A stretch of DNA of 64,000 nt from Octopus sinensis (Eukaryota): the NCBI RefSeq assembly GCF_006345805.1, contig NC_043000.1, positions 146,816,001-146,880,000 of the forward strand, read 5' to 3'. Below are positions 38,467 to 51,524 of the stretch, piece after piece. The position numbers and the translations under genes are program-made. Each line of letters starts with the position of its first letter. Within the stretch, counting starts at the first letter, position 1. Below the pieces are notes generated by a model, which ran no database searches, was not told the DNA's origin, and saw only the letters and a list, made by a program, of their open reading frames with translations.

Positions 38467-38470
<4 letters not shown>
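37286..38470 (-). mobile_element. 5'-truncated Dong/R4 retrotransposon inserted in a (TAA)n tract
   Basis: Open C-terminal frame, a short 3' UTR, and TAA repeats on both sides. Confidence 0.9.
37458..38414 (-). CDS. C-terminal part of a Dong/R4 ORF: CCHC zinc motif plus restriction-like endonuclease
   Basis: KPLHGKY, AAQDQSL, CRFC...HLISGC, RHD, ILWD, KPDIVV...LIDMS and GALG motifs. The frame stays open upstream to the TAA tract, so it is 5'-truncated and lacks RT. Confidence 0.9.
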   Translation of the reverse strand: MLKLVENHERRKKLHSIIKESKKFAIDLVQDTQTEQPEESTATIVAKKVKMMAMKKAHEQLADRWEEKPLHGKYVTRSKQADVDQKQTHQWLRSSGLKAESDGFILAAQDQSLLTRNYQANVMKNGADPKCRFCNDMIETVDHLISGCKVLAPVEYKLRHDRVGQYLHWLISRHYNIKTADKWYNHHPEAVTEGENVTILWDFPVHTDRAIKANKPDIVVKDQNNKVCLLIDMSIPCDHNISAKEFDKLRKYRDLLIEIEKMWHLKAVTIPVIVGALGMIKKGTENDMRMIPGLPSLQEVQKIVLTGTSHVLRRALSM

Positions 38471-38521
<51 letters not shown>

Positions 38522-38545
38522 TCACTGCCGGGAATCTACGCCATA

Positions 38546-38945
38546 TGCCCGTGGGCGTAGTAGTTAAGAGCGCGGGCTACTAACCCCAAGATTCCGAGTT
38601 CGATTCCAGGTAGTGACCTGAATAATAATAACAACAACAACAACAACAACAATAACAACAACAACAACAACAACAACAAAAACAACAACAACAACAACAG
38701 CAACACCATCGAAAAATACCTTAGGAATGAGAATCCAGGTTCGAAATTTCCCCAAGACACCTGATGAAGGCTGGAGGGTATATCAGCCGAAAGACTGTGT
38801 TAACAACAAACAAGATGAGGACAAATATCCGTCAAATGTAAATAATGTATACCTGAAGGTTGGAGGGTATATCAGCCGAAACGTTGTGTAAACAACAAAG
38901 ATGAGGGCAAATATCCGTCAAATAATGTAAATAATGCAAATAATG
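38546..38945 (+). mobile_element. tRNA-headed HHR-SINE (family D), right arm, with a partial tandem copy of the HHR tail
   Basis: gtgggcgtagtagttaag A-box-like and gagttcgattcc B-box; TAA/CAA tract; acacCTGATGAaggctg...cagccGAAA at 38757-38800; second tail at 38851-38945. Confidence 0.85.
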
Positions 38946-39899
38946 TATCGTTTTTTTTTCTTTTTCATGTCACTGCATCCCAGGCAAATAAATATTGATT
39001 TCCAGGAACACCGTAATATGGCACAAGTCCGATTAAAACGACTACACGATGCATTCTGATATTTATTATTATTTTATCAATAGGAGAAAAAAAACCTGCT
39101 GAATTTCACAACATGAAATCAACTATTTATACGGCATTTGGTGCAGTATCATACTGTTTCTGCCAGCCTATCACTTTATTGGTTAAATGATATTTCTGTT
39201 CATAGAAATTCTGTGATAATAATAGCTTTGTGATATTCTTTAATATATAAATATTATTTCTGTTATCCGATAAATATCCGATGCGGTTGCATGCTGGGTT
39301 TGTAGATTAATATTTCCGTTTTTTTGATAAGGAGACTTGTTTCATAAATGTCTGTATGTATTCTATCTTTGAAAGCTTGTTTAACGCTCTTTGATTACTT
39401 GTGACTCCTAGAATACTTCTATGTTTATTAGAACTGAGAAAGTCTAGGAATATTTTACCAATTGTTATATTTCTGATTCAAGGTATGTAGGTACATGTGA
39501 TATAATAACTATTTTGCTGGTGTTGAACAACGCTTCAGTACCATATAGTGTCACACTCCCGTAGTGCAAGAAACAGAAATTTTATTTAAAATGTGTAAAG
39601 AAAAAGATGAAGGAAGGATTGTTATTTGCATTTTTATTTTAATTAATATTGAAACAAAAACAATTAATCTTGTCCAAAAGCAACAAGGAAGAAACATTGT
39701 CTAAACAATGCCACAAACTTTACGCGTTTCTAACATACCTTTTATTCTTTTATCCTCTTAAATGTTTGAGTCATCGAACAGTGGCTATACTTCACACGTC
39801 CGACTCATGTACAGCCTACAGAGGAGTCACTATGATTGGGGCGTTGGGTGGGGGGGAGGTGAAGTCCCCTGCCCTCGAGGTTCTGGAGTTTTAGACTGA

Positions 39900-41400
39900 T
39901 GGCGGACATCTGAAAAAGGGACCCAAAATGGTGGCTCACTGGGCATTATACTTTGAAGACTCATTTAGTACTGACCTGAATACCACAATGCTTTCAGTAC
40001 TGGTGACTGACCAGCAAATCAGCTGTGATCTACTTTCCGAAGACAAGGTCCGTAAAGCAATAAATCAGCTGAAGGATGGTAAGGCAAGCGATATTTGTGG
40101 AATCCTTGGGGAGATAATCAAGAAAGGTGGGCTTTCTGCAGTCTTGTTCTTGTTGGATATCATCTCTCAATCTAGATCAACGGGATCGTGCTGCCTGACA
40201 GGAAAAGGGGTATAAGTATCCAACTTTAGAAAGGTAAAGGCGATTGTCAAGACTGCAACAATTATAGGGCTGTTACACACTTCTCAGTGCCAGGTAAGGA
40301 CTTCGCCAGGTTCATTCTGAAGAGAGTGCGAAATCATTTGCTTGCGTATCAATGACCGAAGTAGTCAACTACAGACAGGATCCTGGCTCAGCTCTCTCAT
40401 TCAACGCAAGCAGAGCTTTCTGCAGCGGCTGCATGCAGCCTATGTTGACTTGCAAAACGCGTTCGACTTGGTAGACAGTGATGCCAGACTCTGAAGCTAC
40501 AAGATATACGTCCTTGTATACCTGAATAGTCAGTGCAGTTCGGATTGGGTTCTCAAAATCTGATTATTCCCAGTTAGATTTGAAGTTCGTCAGCACTGTG
40601 TCTTGGATCCAACTTTGTTCAGTTCCTGAATGAATTGAATACTTGGCTAAATCGTAGCTCGATCGAATAGTGGTGCTCTCATTGGTGAAACTAAGATTAC
40701 AAACCTAGATTTTGCTGACGAAGCAGCTATTCTTGCTGAGTCTCTGGATATCTTAAAGAACACTCTTCTTTCACTGAGTGAGGGAGCGGATATACTTAGC
40801 CTCAGAGTCTCTTGGGTCAAGAGAAAGATTAAGTCTTTCGTTGGTTTCTTAGAGGACACCCCCTCGTATGTCTCGGTTGCGAGTGAGAATGTTGGAGTTG
40901 TTGATTGCTTGATTTATCACGGCAGTAAGATTCATAGCAGCATTAGCTTTGAGTCTGAAGTCCTAAAATGACATGCACGAGCTGGTGCAGTTGTACACGA
41001 ATTGGACAAGGTTGTTTGGAGTTGCCGATATATGTGTAGGAAGAAAAAAGTTTGGATCTTTAGGCCTATGGTCCTCCCTTCACAGGATTACAGGTTACCA
41101 TTGGTCCGATTTCTTATTCAACCAGCGTCTCTACTCAGAAACTGGGATGCCACCTGTAATTTGTATGATTCGGGAGCTCCGGCTCAAACTGTTTGGCTGA
41201 GTTGCTTGATTTTACGAGTCAGCCTCTGTTTATGGTGCTGTCTTTACTTAGGATCTGGTTAGATGGCGTCTTTTGTAGGTCGACCACATACACATGGTTA
41301 CAGCAGATAATGAGGAGTCTTGCCGAGATGGGAACTGATTGGGAGATCGACGGGGCACCTGGAGAACCCGGGAATATACCGATAAATTGTGAATACAGGA
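39900..41400 (+). mobile_element. Degraded RTE-clade LINE (RT region)
   Basis: KVRKAINQLKDGKASDICGILGEIIKKGG, KGKGDCQDCNNYR, YVDLQNAFDLV and FADEAAILAESL; many stops. Confidence 0.85.
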
Positions 41401-42423
41401 ACGCACCGCAACGGCGCATGCCCCAACACATGACCTGACATGCTGATACACTTCGTCGAACGTTTTAATCAAGCAACTTGACGCAATACTTTTTCTTTTA
41501 TGTTTCATAGTTATTAATATCAGACAAATTTGCCACACAGATTAGTTAAATTGATCTAAAGAAACTAACAGCTGTTAGTAATCGGTGTGGAAATAAATAC
41601 TAGCACATAGCATATATGTGTATGTGTGAGTGTATATGACTTTGTGTATGTACGTGTACGTACGACGGACTTTCCTATAGTTTCTGTCTACATAGTTCTT
41701 TCAGATCAATCGGACCGGAGCTATATTAGAAGACATTTACCCCAAAAGTGCCTTGCAGTGGGACTGAACTCCAAATCAAATGGTTGCAAACCGAACTTCT
41801 TAACCATACAAACATGCTTGCTCCTATATTTATTCAACTAGGAATTTATTAAACTGAAGGATGAAATACTTTCCGAATACTAACAAAGAAATATCTTTTT
41901 CATAATAAATATTTTGTACAACTGTTTTATTTCAAGTTTTACATTACGTAGAATTGCTGAAATATTGAAAAATAGACATTTTCTGCTTGGCTAAGTTTTG
42001 GTATTGATATTTGGTTCAATAGTGATGTTTTATATTCAAGTCATACATACAATTCCGTGCATCACCGACTACGAATACAAGGTAATTTTTCAGACGAGGG
42101 TCAAATCCAGCTGACCATATTCTCCCAACGATTGTGCAGCCGTCATTCTCAATGCAAAAGGCAACCCACTTTAAATGGAATCACTTTCAGGTGATCAGTT
42201 GAATAGAAATTACTAGACATATGTTGCTGCTTCGAACTGCGATCGTTGATAATCTGTCAAATACGATAAACGTCTGTCTCGAATATGCATTATAACATAA
42301 CAGAGTAAGTAGCATAAATCAAAGATTCTTATCTATTAAGCAAAACAAAATGCAATTTCATTTTTTTCACCATATATATATATCATCGGGTGAATGTGTG
42401 TGTGTGTGTGTGTGTGTGCATGT

Positions 42424-42462
<39 letters not shown>

Positions 42463-43099
42463 TACGTGTTTGTGTCTGCGCGTGCACGTATGATTATATA
42501 TACTTTCTGTAGTGCAGGAGAGGTCTACCTTAGAAATAAAATGTTCTGGCCCAAAATTATTCATATGCTAAAGAATTTAATTTCTCTCTTCATATATTGT
42601 GGGTGATACTAGGGAGACAAAAGCTAAGGGAAATAACCTTGAGAGAAGATGGTTTGGCTGCTAGCTTATTAACGTTTCCAACAGATCAGATTTCTGACAA
42701 CCTCCTGCCACTGGGAAGAAATGATAGTTCTTTTGGTTCTTTTTCGACACTGAATCTATATAATTAAAAGTGAAGACTGTGATGCCAAGAAAGGTGCAGC
42801 TCATCACCAGAAGAACATCTTTTTGTGCAGGTATTTCCTCTTGCAATGTGGATCCTAAGTCGTGGGTCCCTAAAATTCATAGCAGGCATTTATAGTCTGA
42901 TAAAATAGCTAACAAATACACTTGAAGTTTATATTAGAACTCTACCAGCATGTGGTGCTAAATAACAGGTTAGGGCATCTGGGATAGAATAGCCGTTATC
43001 AGAGGTATACCACTAGAAACCATGCTGCTCACCTCAGCCGATGAAATAAGATATAAAAGTCATCCACTCATCTCAGTTCTGGGACATGAGACTTCGCTT

Positions 43100-44400
43100 G
43101 CAAGAAAAAAATGTGAAACGCAAGATAACACTGAGTTTTGTCTCGGGGAATATAAAAGCATTACTCGATGCCCACTAATCGATATGCTTTCATAACTCAT
43201 GAAATAAAACACTACAGTGTAGATATTGCTGCTTACGAGGAGTGCTATACTTGCGTCTGCAACAATCATACGTGGAGTAGACATCATGAACATGGCATAT
43301 AATGAACAGTCTGTTGCCTAAATTGGCTTAAATCAACGCTTGGCATTTGCGATCTGCTAATATAATTTCATAGACCTCTAGCCTACGTTACCGAATGCCT
43401 TCGAACCAACTTTAGTATTTAACAGGTAGGAGAAAGTCCACAACTAATAGTCATTAGATCAAGCTCTGACAAAAATATCAAAGCAAGACAGCAGCATCTT
43501 AAACTGATGGCTTTAACGACCTAGTAAGGACAGAAAAGAATGAAAACGTGCCTTCGGTGAAACGACCATGAGGTTGAGTAAACTAACAGAAATTTGGACA
43601 TCATTTTCGGTTTGAGAGAAAGCAATTCGCCATTGTCGATATCATCGTCCAACAGAACGAACATTAAAACTCATTGGTGTATCTAAACGCAACATCAGAA
43701 TGCTGAATGCCACGACCAAGGTCAAACGTGAACAGACCATTGGACAACGGTAAGCTGATGCCTACTCTGATAGTTGACATAACATAATCCCTACAGCCCG
43801 TCATCTGAGAAACCGTTACAGCTTATAAGAGGAGCCTGAAACTGCTAACTACAGCGCACTTTGTTTTCTCCACCTTCTCACAATACAAGTGCCAACTATT
43901 CTCAATCTCCCATTTCATGTAACTTAACTGCATCGTCTCAACAATTACCCTCCAGACGAAGAGATTCTAAATCGCCTTGAAGAGGCATTTGTATCTTTTG
44001 GAAGGTCCAGAAAGAATGTTTTTTTGGTAACTATCCTAGCCTCCATACCAAAGTTCTTCTATACCAGGATGTTTGTGTTCTAGCTCCTGCCAAAAGGTTC
44101 CAGATACGCTCTACATGTTGATAATTTCAACCAATTGGTAAACTAGGATAACATTCAGAAAAAATATTCATTGAACCAATACCGGCAGCATTGAGTCCAT
44201 GCTATAGAAATATCAATCGAGCTAGCTCTAACATATCTGCATATCTGATCCGTGTCTCTCCCTGTAGGATTATTTATGCTCAATTTCATCATGGGCAACT
44301 CTTGAACAGATTATTAAAGTAGTACTTCAAAGACCAACTGAGGACAACTTTCAAAAGAAGTAACATCAATTCTCGAAGACTAGATGGCATTCTTAGTCAC
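43100..44400 (+). mobile_element. Highly degraded RTE-like LINE
   Basis: HEIKHYSVDIAAYE (endonuclease start) and DEEILNRLEEAFVSFGR (post-RT region) by manual translation. Confidence 0.55.
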
Positions 44401-45875
44401 TGTCCATTTCATTGGTCTGGTAGTGAGACTTTTTTATTGAAGATATAGAAAAGAAAAGCACCCATCTCTACGGAAGAAGTAAAAGAAAAACTGTATATAT
44501 GCAGCGTAATAACTAGCCTCTCCAATGCAACATTGATGTGTCCCGTTTGCACGTCAAAGTTTTGGAATGTACAGGCATGGTAGCATCCACAAATGAAGGA
44601 CAAGTCTGTCGTCGGTTTTGATGAGTATAAATAAGCAAATAAGAACTTGCGAGTGTAAATATATCAATAAATGTACAATTAAATCCGTATTACAGCTTGA
44701 CACAATGAGAGTTAAATATTATTACTAAAAATATCAGGTGCAATGTACTTCCCTAGAAACATGTATTGAGTAATTTAATAATATCGCAGCAAAATATAAA
44801 GGGATTGCTACTTTACTAGATAATCGAAACAGTATAGATATGGGATAGCTAAAGATGAAGGAAGTGGTTTACATTCACATGGTCATAAAAATCAAGGCAG
44901 TTACCTCTGTTAGACATCCTTATTCAGAAGATGCAAAAACGGAAGAACTATAATACACTCCCTCTCAGACTGTCCTCTGAAATTATGTAGGTCGATTGTT
45001 GTTTCGAAAATGTTCGTAACAATGTAAATACTCAGCACAGGCAAGGACAACGTTATTCAAATACAACTGATGCGTATTTGTATATTTGTATATTTCGTTC
45101 GATAAGGAACTAATTTTCAGACTTACTTTGCGGAGAGCTCTGCCCCTAGACTGTGACCCTTACTTTCGATTATTTAATATTTCTGCCTCACAATAAGTAT
45201 AACAGCAAGTAAAACTTTTAAATTAGTCCATTAATTTAGTGCACTGAATAGCTTCCATGCGGTTTCGATTCCCAGACCGGCGATGCGTTGTGTTCTTGAA
45301 CAAAACACTTTATTTCACATTGCTTCAGTACACGCTAGATAAATGGGCAACCCTGCGACAGACTGGAATCCCATTCAAGAAGAGTGTTTTGTGTCCATCC
45401 AACCAGCAGAATGGCATCATATGAAGACTACAATAATGAGATAGAGCGCATTGTTACCAGCATTATATAACCACACCTGATAATCTAGTCGATACAGAAT
45501 GCAGAAATATTAAATCTATACAACGAATTGTTTACTTGGACGATGTGCCTCTTTGGCTACCTGAAAATGTTTCAAACAGTTTGTTATAAGGAATTGTCTA
45601 GAAGACAACTCCTTATTACAAACAAACAGAAAAAAAAGCACTGGGGATTGTTTCCAACGAATATAATCATAGAATATATTTATATAAGAACAAATTTATA
45701 GTAGAAGAAATTTATTATTTCAATATGATGTATATTTTTTCCTGTTCAATAACGATAAAGAATATGATGGAAAAAAAATTTTCAAACAAATTGCAATAAG
45801 AGAAATATAACTGGAGTTTCTACAATACTATTTTGAGAAAGATAATTAAGTAAATGCGGAAAAGAAAAGTAATAT

Positions 45876-45907
<32 letters not shown>

Positions 45908-45997
45908 CATGTGTAGTGGTGGGGTCTGTATGTGTGTGTATAAAGGGTGTTTTATAAATATTTTCAGTGGAAGCTTATACACGTAATACATATAATA

Positions 45998-46009
<12 letters not shown>

Positions 46010-46030
<21 letters not shown>

Positions 46031-48680
46031 ACAGAAAAGCAGAGAGAGAGGGCAGATATGAATGTATGGTTTAAAAAATTCTGGTTTCGATCCCATCTGT
46101 AGTTCTTCGAGTTAGCCTGATGAACTCTTGCTAAAACTTGATCAATGACTTCGAAGTGGAATTTGGATGAAAGTAATTCCACAAGAATACGCCCACAAAC
46201 ACACACAAAGGGAGAGACGGACATTAAGAAAAACTGGTACTGTTGGCGCAAACATGGTCACTCTTCTGACATCAAGAAAAGAACACACATATATAAACAA
46301 GAGAGAGAGAGACAATAGTGAGAACAATATATACTGAAATAGTTAAAATGAAGCCATCTCACGGTAAACATATGTTGACGTCTCAGGGATTTTGTAAACT
46401 GTCGAGAGATTTTGTTTAAATGATAGATCTCGACTATTCCAAATAAAGAATTATTTCACGCTCTCCCGAAAGTTTACATATTGTTACGAGTTAACATTAA
46501 AATTATTGCAGGTAAAAATAAAATATCTAAAGTAGAAATAGAAATTCGAAACGTCGCTTTGGTCGATGGTAGAACGTTTGTCGTATCTGCAGCAGATATG
46601 GGATCGAGTCCTACGAGGGTAGCCTTCGACTCTTTCAAACCAATATTTATACGCGCTATTCTCTACTAAATACTTTTGTAGATAAACATCAATAACAGGG
46701 TTTGCGAAAAGCACAAGTAGGCTTAATAACACTCTTGCTTCATACATTGATGAAATTCAAAGTCTTTCAACAATATGGGAAAGAAAAAAAGTTAGCTGGT
46801 GGTTCAGCCTGTGGGTGGTGATTTGTGGTGTTTCGAGCCAGATAAAAGCTGATTCGAATCATTCAAAACGTTATTTACATAATCTTACAAAGTGAAAATT
46901 TATCCCTTCTATACTCCGCTGTAGCTTCACATAAACTGAAAGAAATAAATTTTTCTTATATTTATATTGTATATATTGTAATATTAATCACGTATGCTTT
47001 GTTTCGGTGAATATCTCTTTAAAAAGCTTACGCCACAGCACCAATTTTAATTTGAGAAATTTCCATCAGATCAAATGAAATAAGAAAAAGCTCAATAATC
47101 CTTCAAATTTCGTTTAATACGTCAAGTACAGCGAAAGCTACTTGATTGCTTAAGTTTAGTTTATTCCCGCTTTTCTTGATAATGAATAAAGGAAAATAAT
47201 TCATGGACAACTAAAGCAAATTTATTTATTTTTCCATGGCGATTGTTCATTGCCATTCATGCCTTTATTCGTTACATTCACTACTCACATATATATACAT
47301 ATATACATGTACAAATGCCCATGTATGTATGTATGTATGTAGTATGTATGTATGTATGTATGTATACAGAAAAGCAGAGAGAGAGGGCAGATATGAATGT
47401 ATGGTTTAAAAAATTCTGGTTTCGATCCCATCTGTAGTTCTTCGAGTTAGCCTGATGAACTCTTGCTAAAACTTGATCAATGACTTCGAAGTGGAATTTG
47501 GATGAAAGTAATTCCACAAGAATACGCCCACAAACACACACAAAGGGAGAGACGGACATTAAGAAAAACTGGTACTGTTGGCGCAAACATGGTCACTCTT
47601 CTGACATCAAGAAAAGAACACACATATATAAACAAGAGAGAGAGAGACAATAGTGAGAACAATATATACTGAAATAGTTAAAATGAAGCCATCTCACGGT
47701 AAACATATGTTGACGTCTCAGGGATTTTGTAAACTGTCGAGAGATTTTGTTTAAATGATAGATCTCGACTATTCCAAATAAAGAATTATTTCACGCTCTC
47801 CCGAAAGTTTACATATTGTTACGAGTTAACATTAAAATTATTGCAGGTAAAAATAAAATATCTAAAGTAGAAATAGAAATTCGAAACGTCGCTTTGGTCG
47901 ATGGTAGAACGTTTGTCGTATCTGCAGCAGATATGGGATCGAGTCCTACGAGGGTAGCCTTCGACTCTTTCAAACCAATATTTATACGCGCTATTCTCTA
48001 CTAAATACTTTTGTAGATAAACATCAATAACAGGGTTTGCGAAAAGCACAAGTAGGCTTAATAACACTCTTGCTTCATACATTGATGAAATTCAAAGTCT
48101 TTCAACAATATGGGAAAGAAAAAAAGTTAGCTGGTGGTTCAGCCTGTGGGTGGTGATTTGTGGTGTTTCGAGCCAGATAAAAGCTGATTCGAATCATTCA
48201 AAACGTTATTTACATAATCTTACAAAGTGAAAATTTATCCCTTCTATACTCCGCTGTAGCTTCACATAAACTGAAAGAAATAAATTTTTCTTATATTTAT
48301 ATTGTATATATTGTAATATTTAATCACGTATGCTTTGTTTCGGTGAATATCTCTTTAAAAAGCTTACGCCACAGCACCAATTTTAATTTGAGAAATTTCC
48401 ATCAGATCAAATGAAATAAGAAAAAGCTCAATAATCCTTCAAATTTCGTTTAATACGTCAAGTACAGCGAAAGCTACTTGATTGCTTAAGTTTAGTTTAT
48501 TCCCGCTTTTCTTGATAATGAATAAAGGAAAATAATTCATGGACAACTAAAGCAAATTTATTTATTTTTCCATGGCGATTGTTCATTGCCATTCATGCCT
48601 TTATTCGTTACATTCACTACTCACATATATATACATATATACATGTACAAATGCCCATGTATGTATGTATGTATGTATGT
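46010..48680. repeat. Near-identical tandem duplication of a 1335-bp unit bounded by (TATG)n
   Basis: acagaaaagcagagagagaggg occurs at 46031 and 47366; the ORF track repeats with the same offset. Confidence 0.95.
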
Positions 48681-50687
48681 ATGTATGTATTATGTATGTA
48701 TGTATAAATGTATGTATGTATGTATATATCTATATATTCAGCTGAAAATGTGTACTGTGAACTACACTAGTATGGAGAATTTTGATTTCTTCTTGTTTTC
48801 TTACGTTCATATCTGTGTGTATGTGTGTAGATGTGTTTGTTCGTTTCTTCCTGTTCGCGTATATCTGCGTATATAACGAATGCAATGATATATTACATTA
48901 GGAATTCAACAAGTGAATTCAGCAAGTGAATTCCCAAGCAATGAATATTTTATAACTATGCAAAATCTTTGAAACATCTGTAATTTTTAAAGCCACCTGT
49001 ATACACGACAAAATATAAATTTCCAAATAAAATATTTAGGAATAGAGAAATAAACACAATTTAGGGATTTTCTTCCTTAATTCAATGATTGAATAGCTCG
49101 AAAATATTGGTGAAAGCAGAAGTCAAAAAGAGAAAGTAGCCAAAACCTGAAAAGAAATATTTAGAAAGACGGCACGCTGATAGAATGAAAAGGAGGAAGA
49201 CGAAACGAAACAAATTGACAAAACGACAAACATAGAAAACAATGACCAAATGTTGAAAAAGAAAACCTACCGAAAAACGAAATGATAGATGTTTACCATA
49301 AATTTAAAAAGAAAAAAGACGATACAATGATTATTGGAGGCAAGGAAAACCGAACAAAGAAGAGCAGAAGAAAATACACACATAGATATGTGTGTATATG
49401 TGTGTGTGTCTGTGTGTGTGTGTGTATTTTCTGTTACTCTCTATATATGAACATATAGAATATATATGTATTATGTATAGATAATCGAATTGTAGATAAA
49501 TAGATGGATAAATAGATAGATTGCTTCTTTACCTAGTTCTTAAAGCAATAGACAGAAGAATAACGGCAAGGATAATTTGCTGTTGGTTGTCTATGGTAAA
49601 TGACAGATAGGAAAGTAAAGTCAATTGAGTTGTCTTTATTAAAAAATTGTTTGCTTCACATGAAGGGTTTCTGTTCAAGGAAAATCCTATTAATCTTGTA
49701 TGAACGTTTGTGTGTGCATGCATGAATATGTGTATATGTTTACACATCTGTGGACAGATAAACGAATTGTATCTGCACCACCGTGTGTGTATAATTCTAC
49801 TGTTAGCTTGCGTGTAAATTTTAAAATATATGTGTGCGTATGGTGGAGGGGGGTTATACGTTCGTATCATTATGTAAGTGTTTCTCAGTGAATATATATG
49901 CGTAGCTGTTGCTATATGTACATGTATTTATGTATAGGTGTATATGTTTGATTATCATCTCGTTATACGTATCTGAATACTTGCCAAATCGAGAGACTGT
50001 TGTATGGATTCAAACGTCTGTGTGTACCTTTGTAGTCGCCTATTCACTACCGTATACATACACACTCATACACACATACAAACACGGGACAGACACAAAC
50101 GCACATACGTCTACAGACACGTGAGTTTCACCTGATGGTTTAACGAATAAATAAAACGAATTTTATATGACATATATTATTGTAGTCATTCCATCAATAA
50201 TTGTTGTTGCTATTCATAAAAATCTTTAAATTATCCTTAATAAAGATAAATGTTAGTGCGTGACTGCCACTCCCGTCTGGCCTCTACAGTCACAGCAGAC
50301 ACTGCACCACCATCCACAGCTGACACTATTTCTTTGGGCGCAGATCCTTGGTCTCGAGAGACTAACGGATACCTAGGGCACAGATAGGGTGTCAATAACC
50401 AGCTGAAGGAGATGTCTTTCTGGTGCTAAAACCTACAGTAGCATCCACCCTTAAGGGTTAGCCACATTTTAGTCACAAATATACTTCACGACATATACAT
50501 AAATTGTAAATAAAATATAAATCGCAAAATATATAAATTGTAAATAATATACATATACATAGAATTGTATATATTATATACATATATATATTATATACAT
50601 ATATATATTATATATATATTATATATACATATATATATTATATATATATTATATACATATATTATATACAATTCTATATATTATATT

Positions 50688-50902
50688 CACAATTGACAGA
50701 TATTTGTCCTCATCTTCTTTCTTGTTAATACAATTTTTCGGTTGATATACCCTCCAGCCTTCATCAGGTGTCTTGGAGAATTTTCAAACCTGGGTTCTCA
50801 TTCCTAAGGTATTTTTCAATGTTGTTGTTGTGGTTATTATTATTATTATTATTATTCAGGTCACTGCCTGGAATCGAACTCGGAATCTTCAGGTTAGTAG
50901 CC
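50688..50902 (-). mobile_element. SINE family D copy, uninterrupted internally, with a degenerate HHR
   Basis: Shows the empty internal TAA tract corresponding to the Dong insertion site at 37286-38470. Confidence 0.85.
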
Positions 50903-51438
50903 ATGTTAAAGTGGCTACGAATATTACTTATATATATATATAAGGATATGTGAGTGGTGAGGGATGCTACAAGGGATTTGGATTTCCATGAGCCACATAA
51001 ACATTACTAGTTTAAAAAAGAAAGCTGTCAGACTTCATATTTTATCAATAGTGTTATCCTTGCGATGACCGCTAACGATGCTGCAGTCTGAACCATAGAG
51101 AAAGTCACGTATCGCGCTTATGAAATTAATGAATATTTGCACCTTTTATTATGTAGTGAGATGCTTCCGGGTCTTTACATTCTGGGTTCAAATTCTGCTA
51201 AGATCTACGTTGCCTTTCATTAAGCTGGGATCAAGAAAATAAGGATCAGTTGAACACTGAGGGCGACCCAATTGTTTTATCCACATCCCTTAAAATTGCT
51301 GCCCCTTGTACCAAAATCTGAAACCATTATTTACTGTGATTTCTTTAAATTTTCCGTAATGCTTTTAGACGTATTCTTCGACAAGATTAAACATGACATT
51401 TCTTTCAATATCCATACATACATACACACATACATATA

Positions 51439-51524
<86 letters not shown>

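Noticed and set aside
38550-38615. Genuine tRNA gene
   Set aside because: No complete cloverleaf; the sequence continues into repeat body shared by other copies, so it is a SINE head. The same applies to the family A and E heads.
42660-42870. ORF fragment QEEIPAQKDVLL and a possible LINE C-terminal Cys/His relic on the minus strand
   Set aside because: Too short and degraded to assign to a family.
46484-46747. ORF MYEARVLLSLLVLFANP... resembling a signal peptide (duplicated at 47819)
   Set aside because: Short, no recognisable domain and no supporting exons; could not be distinguished from chance.
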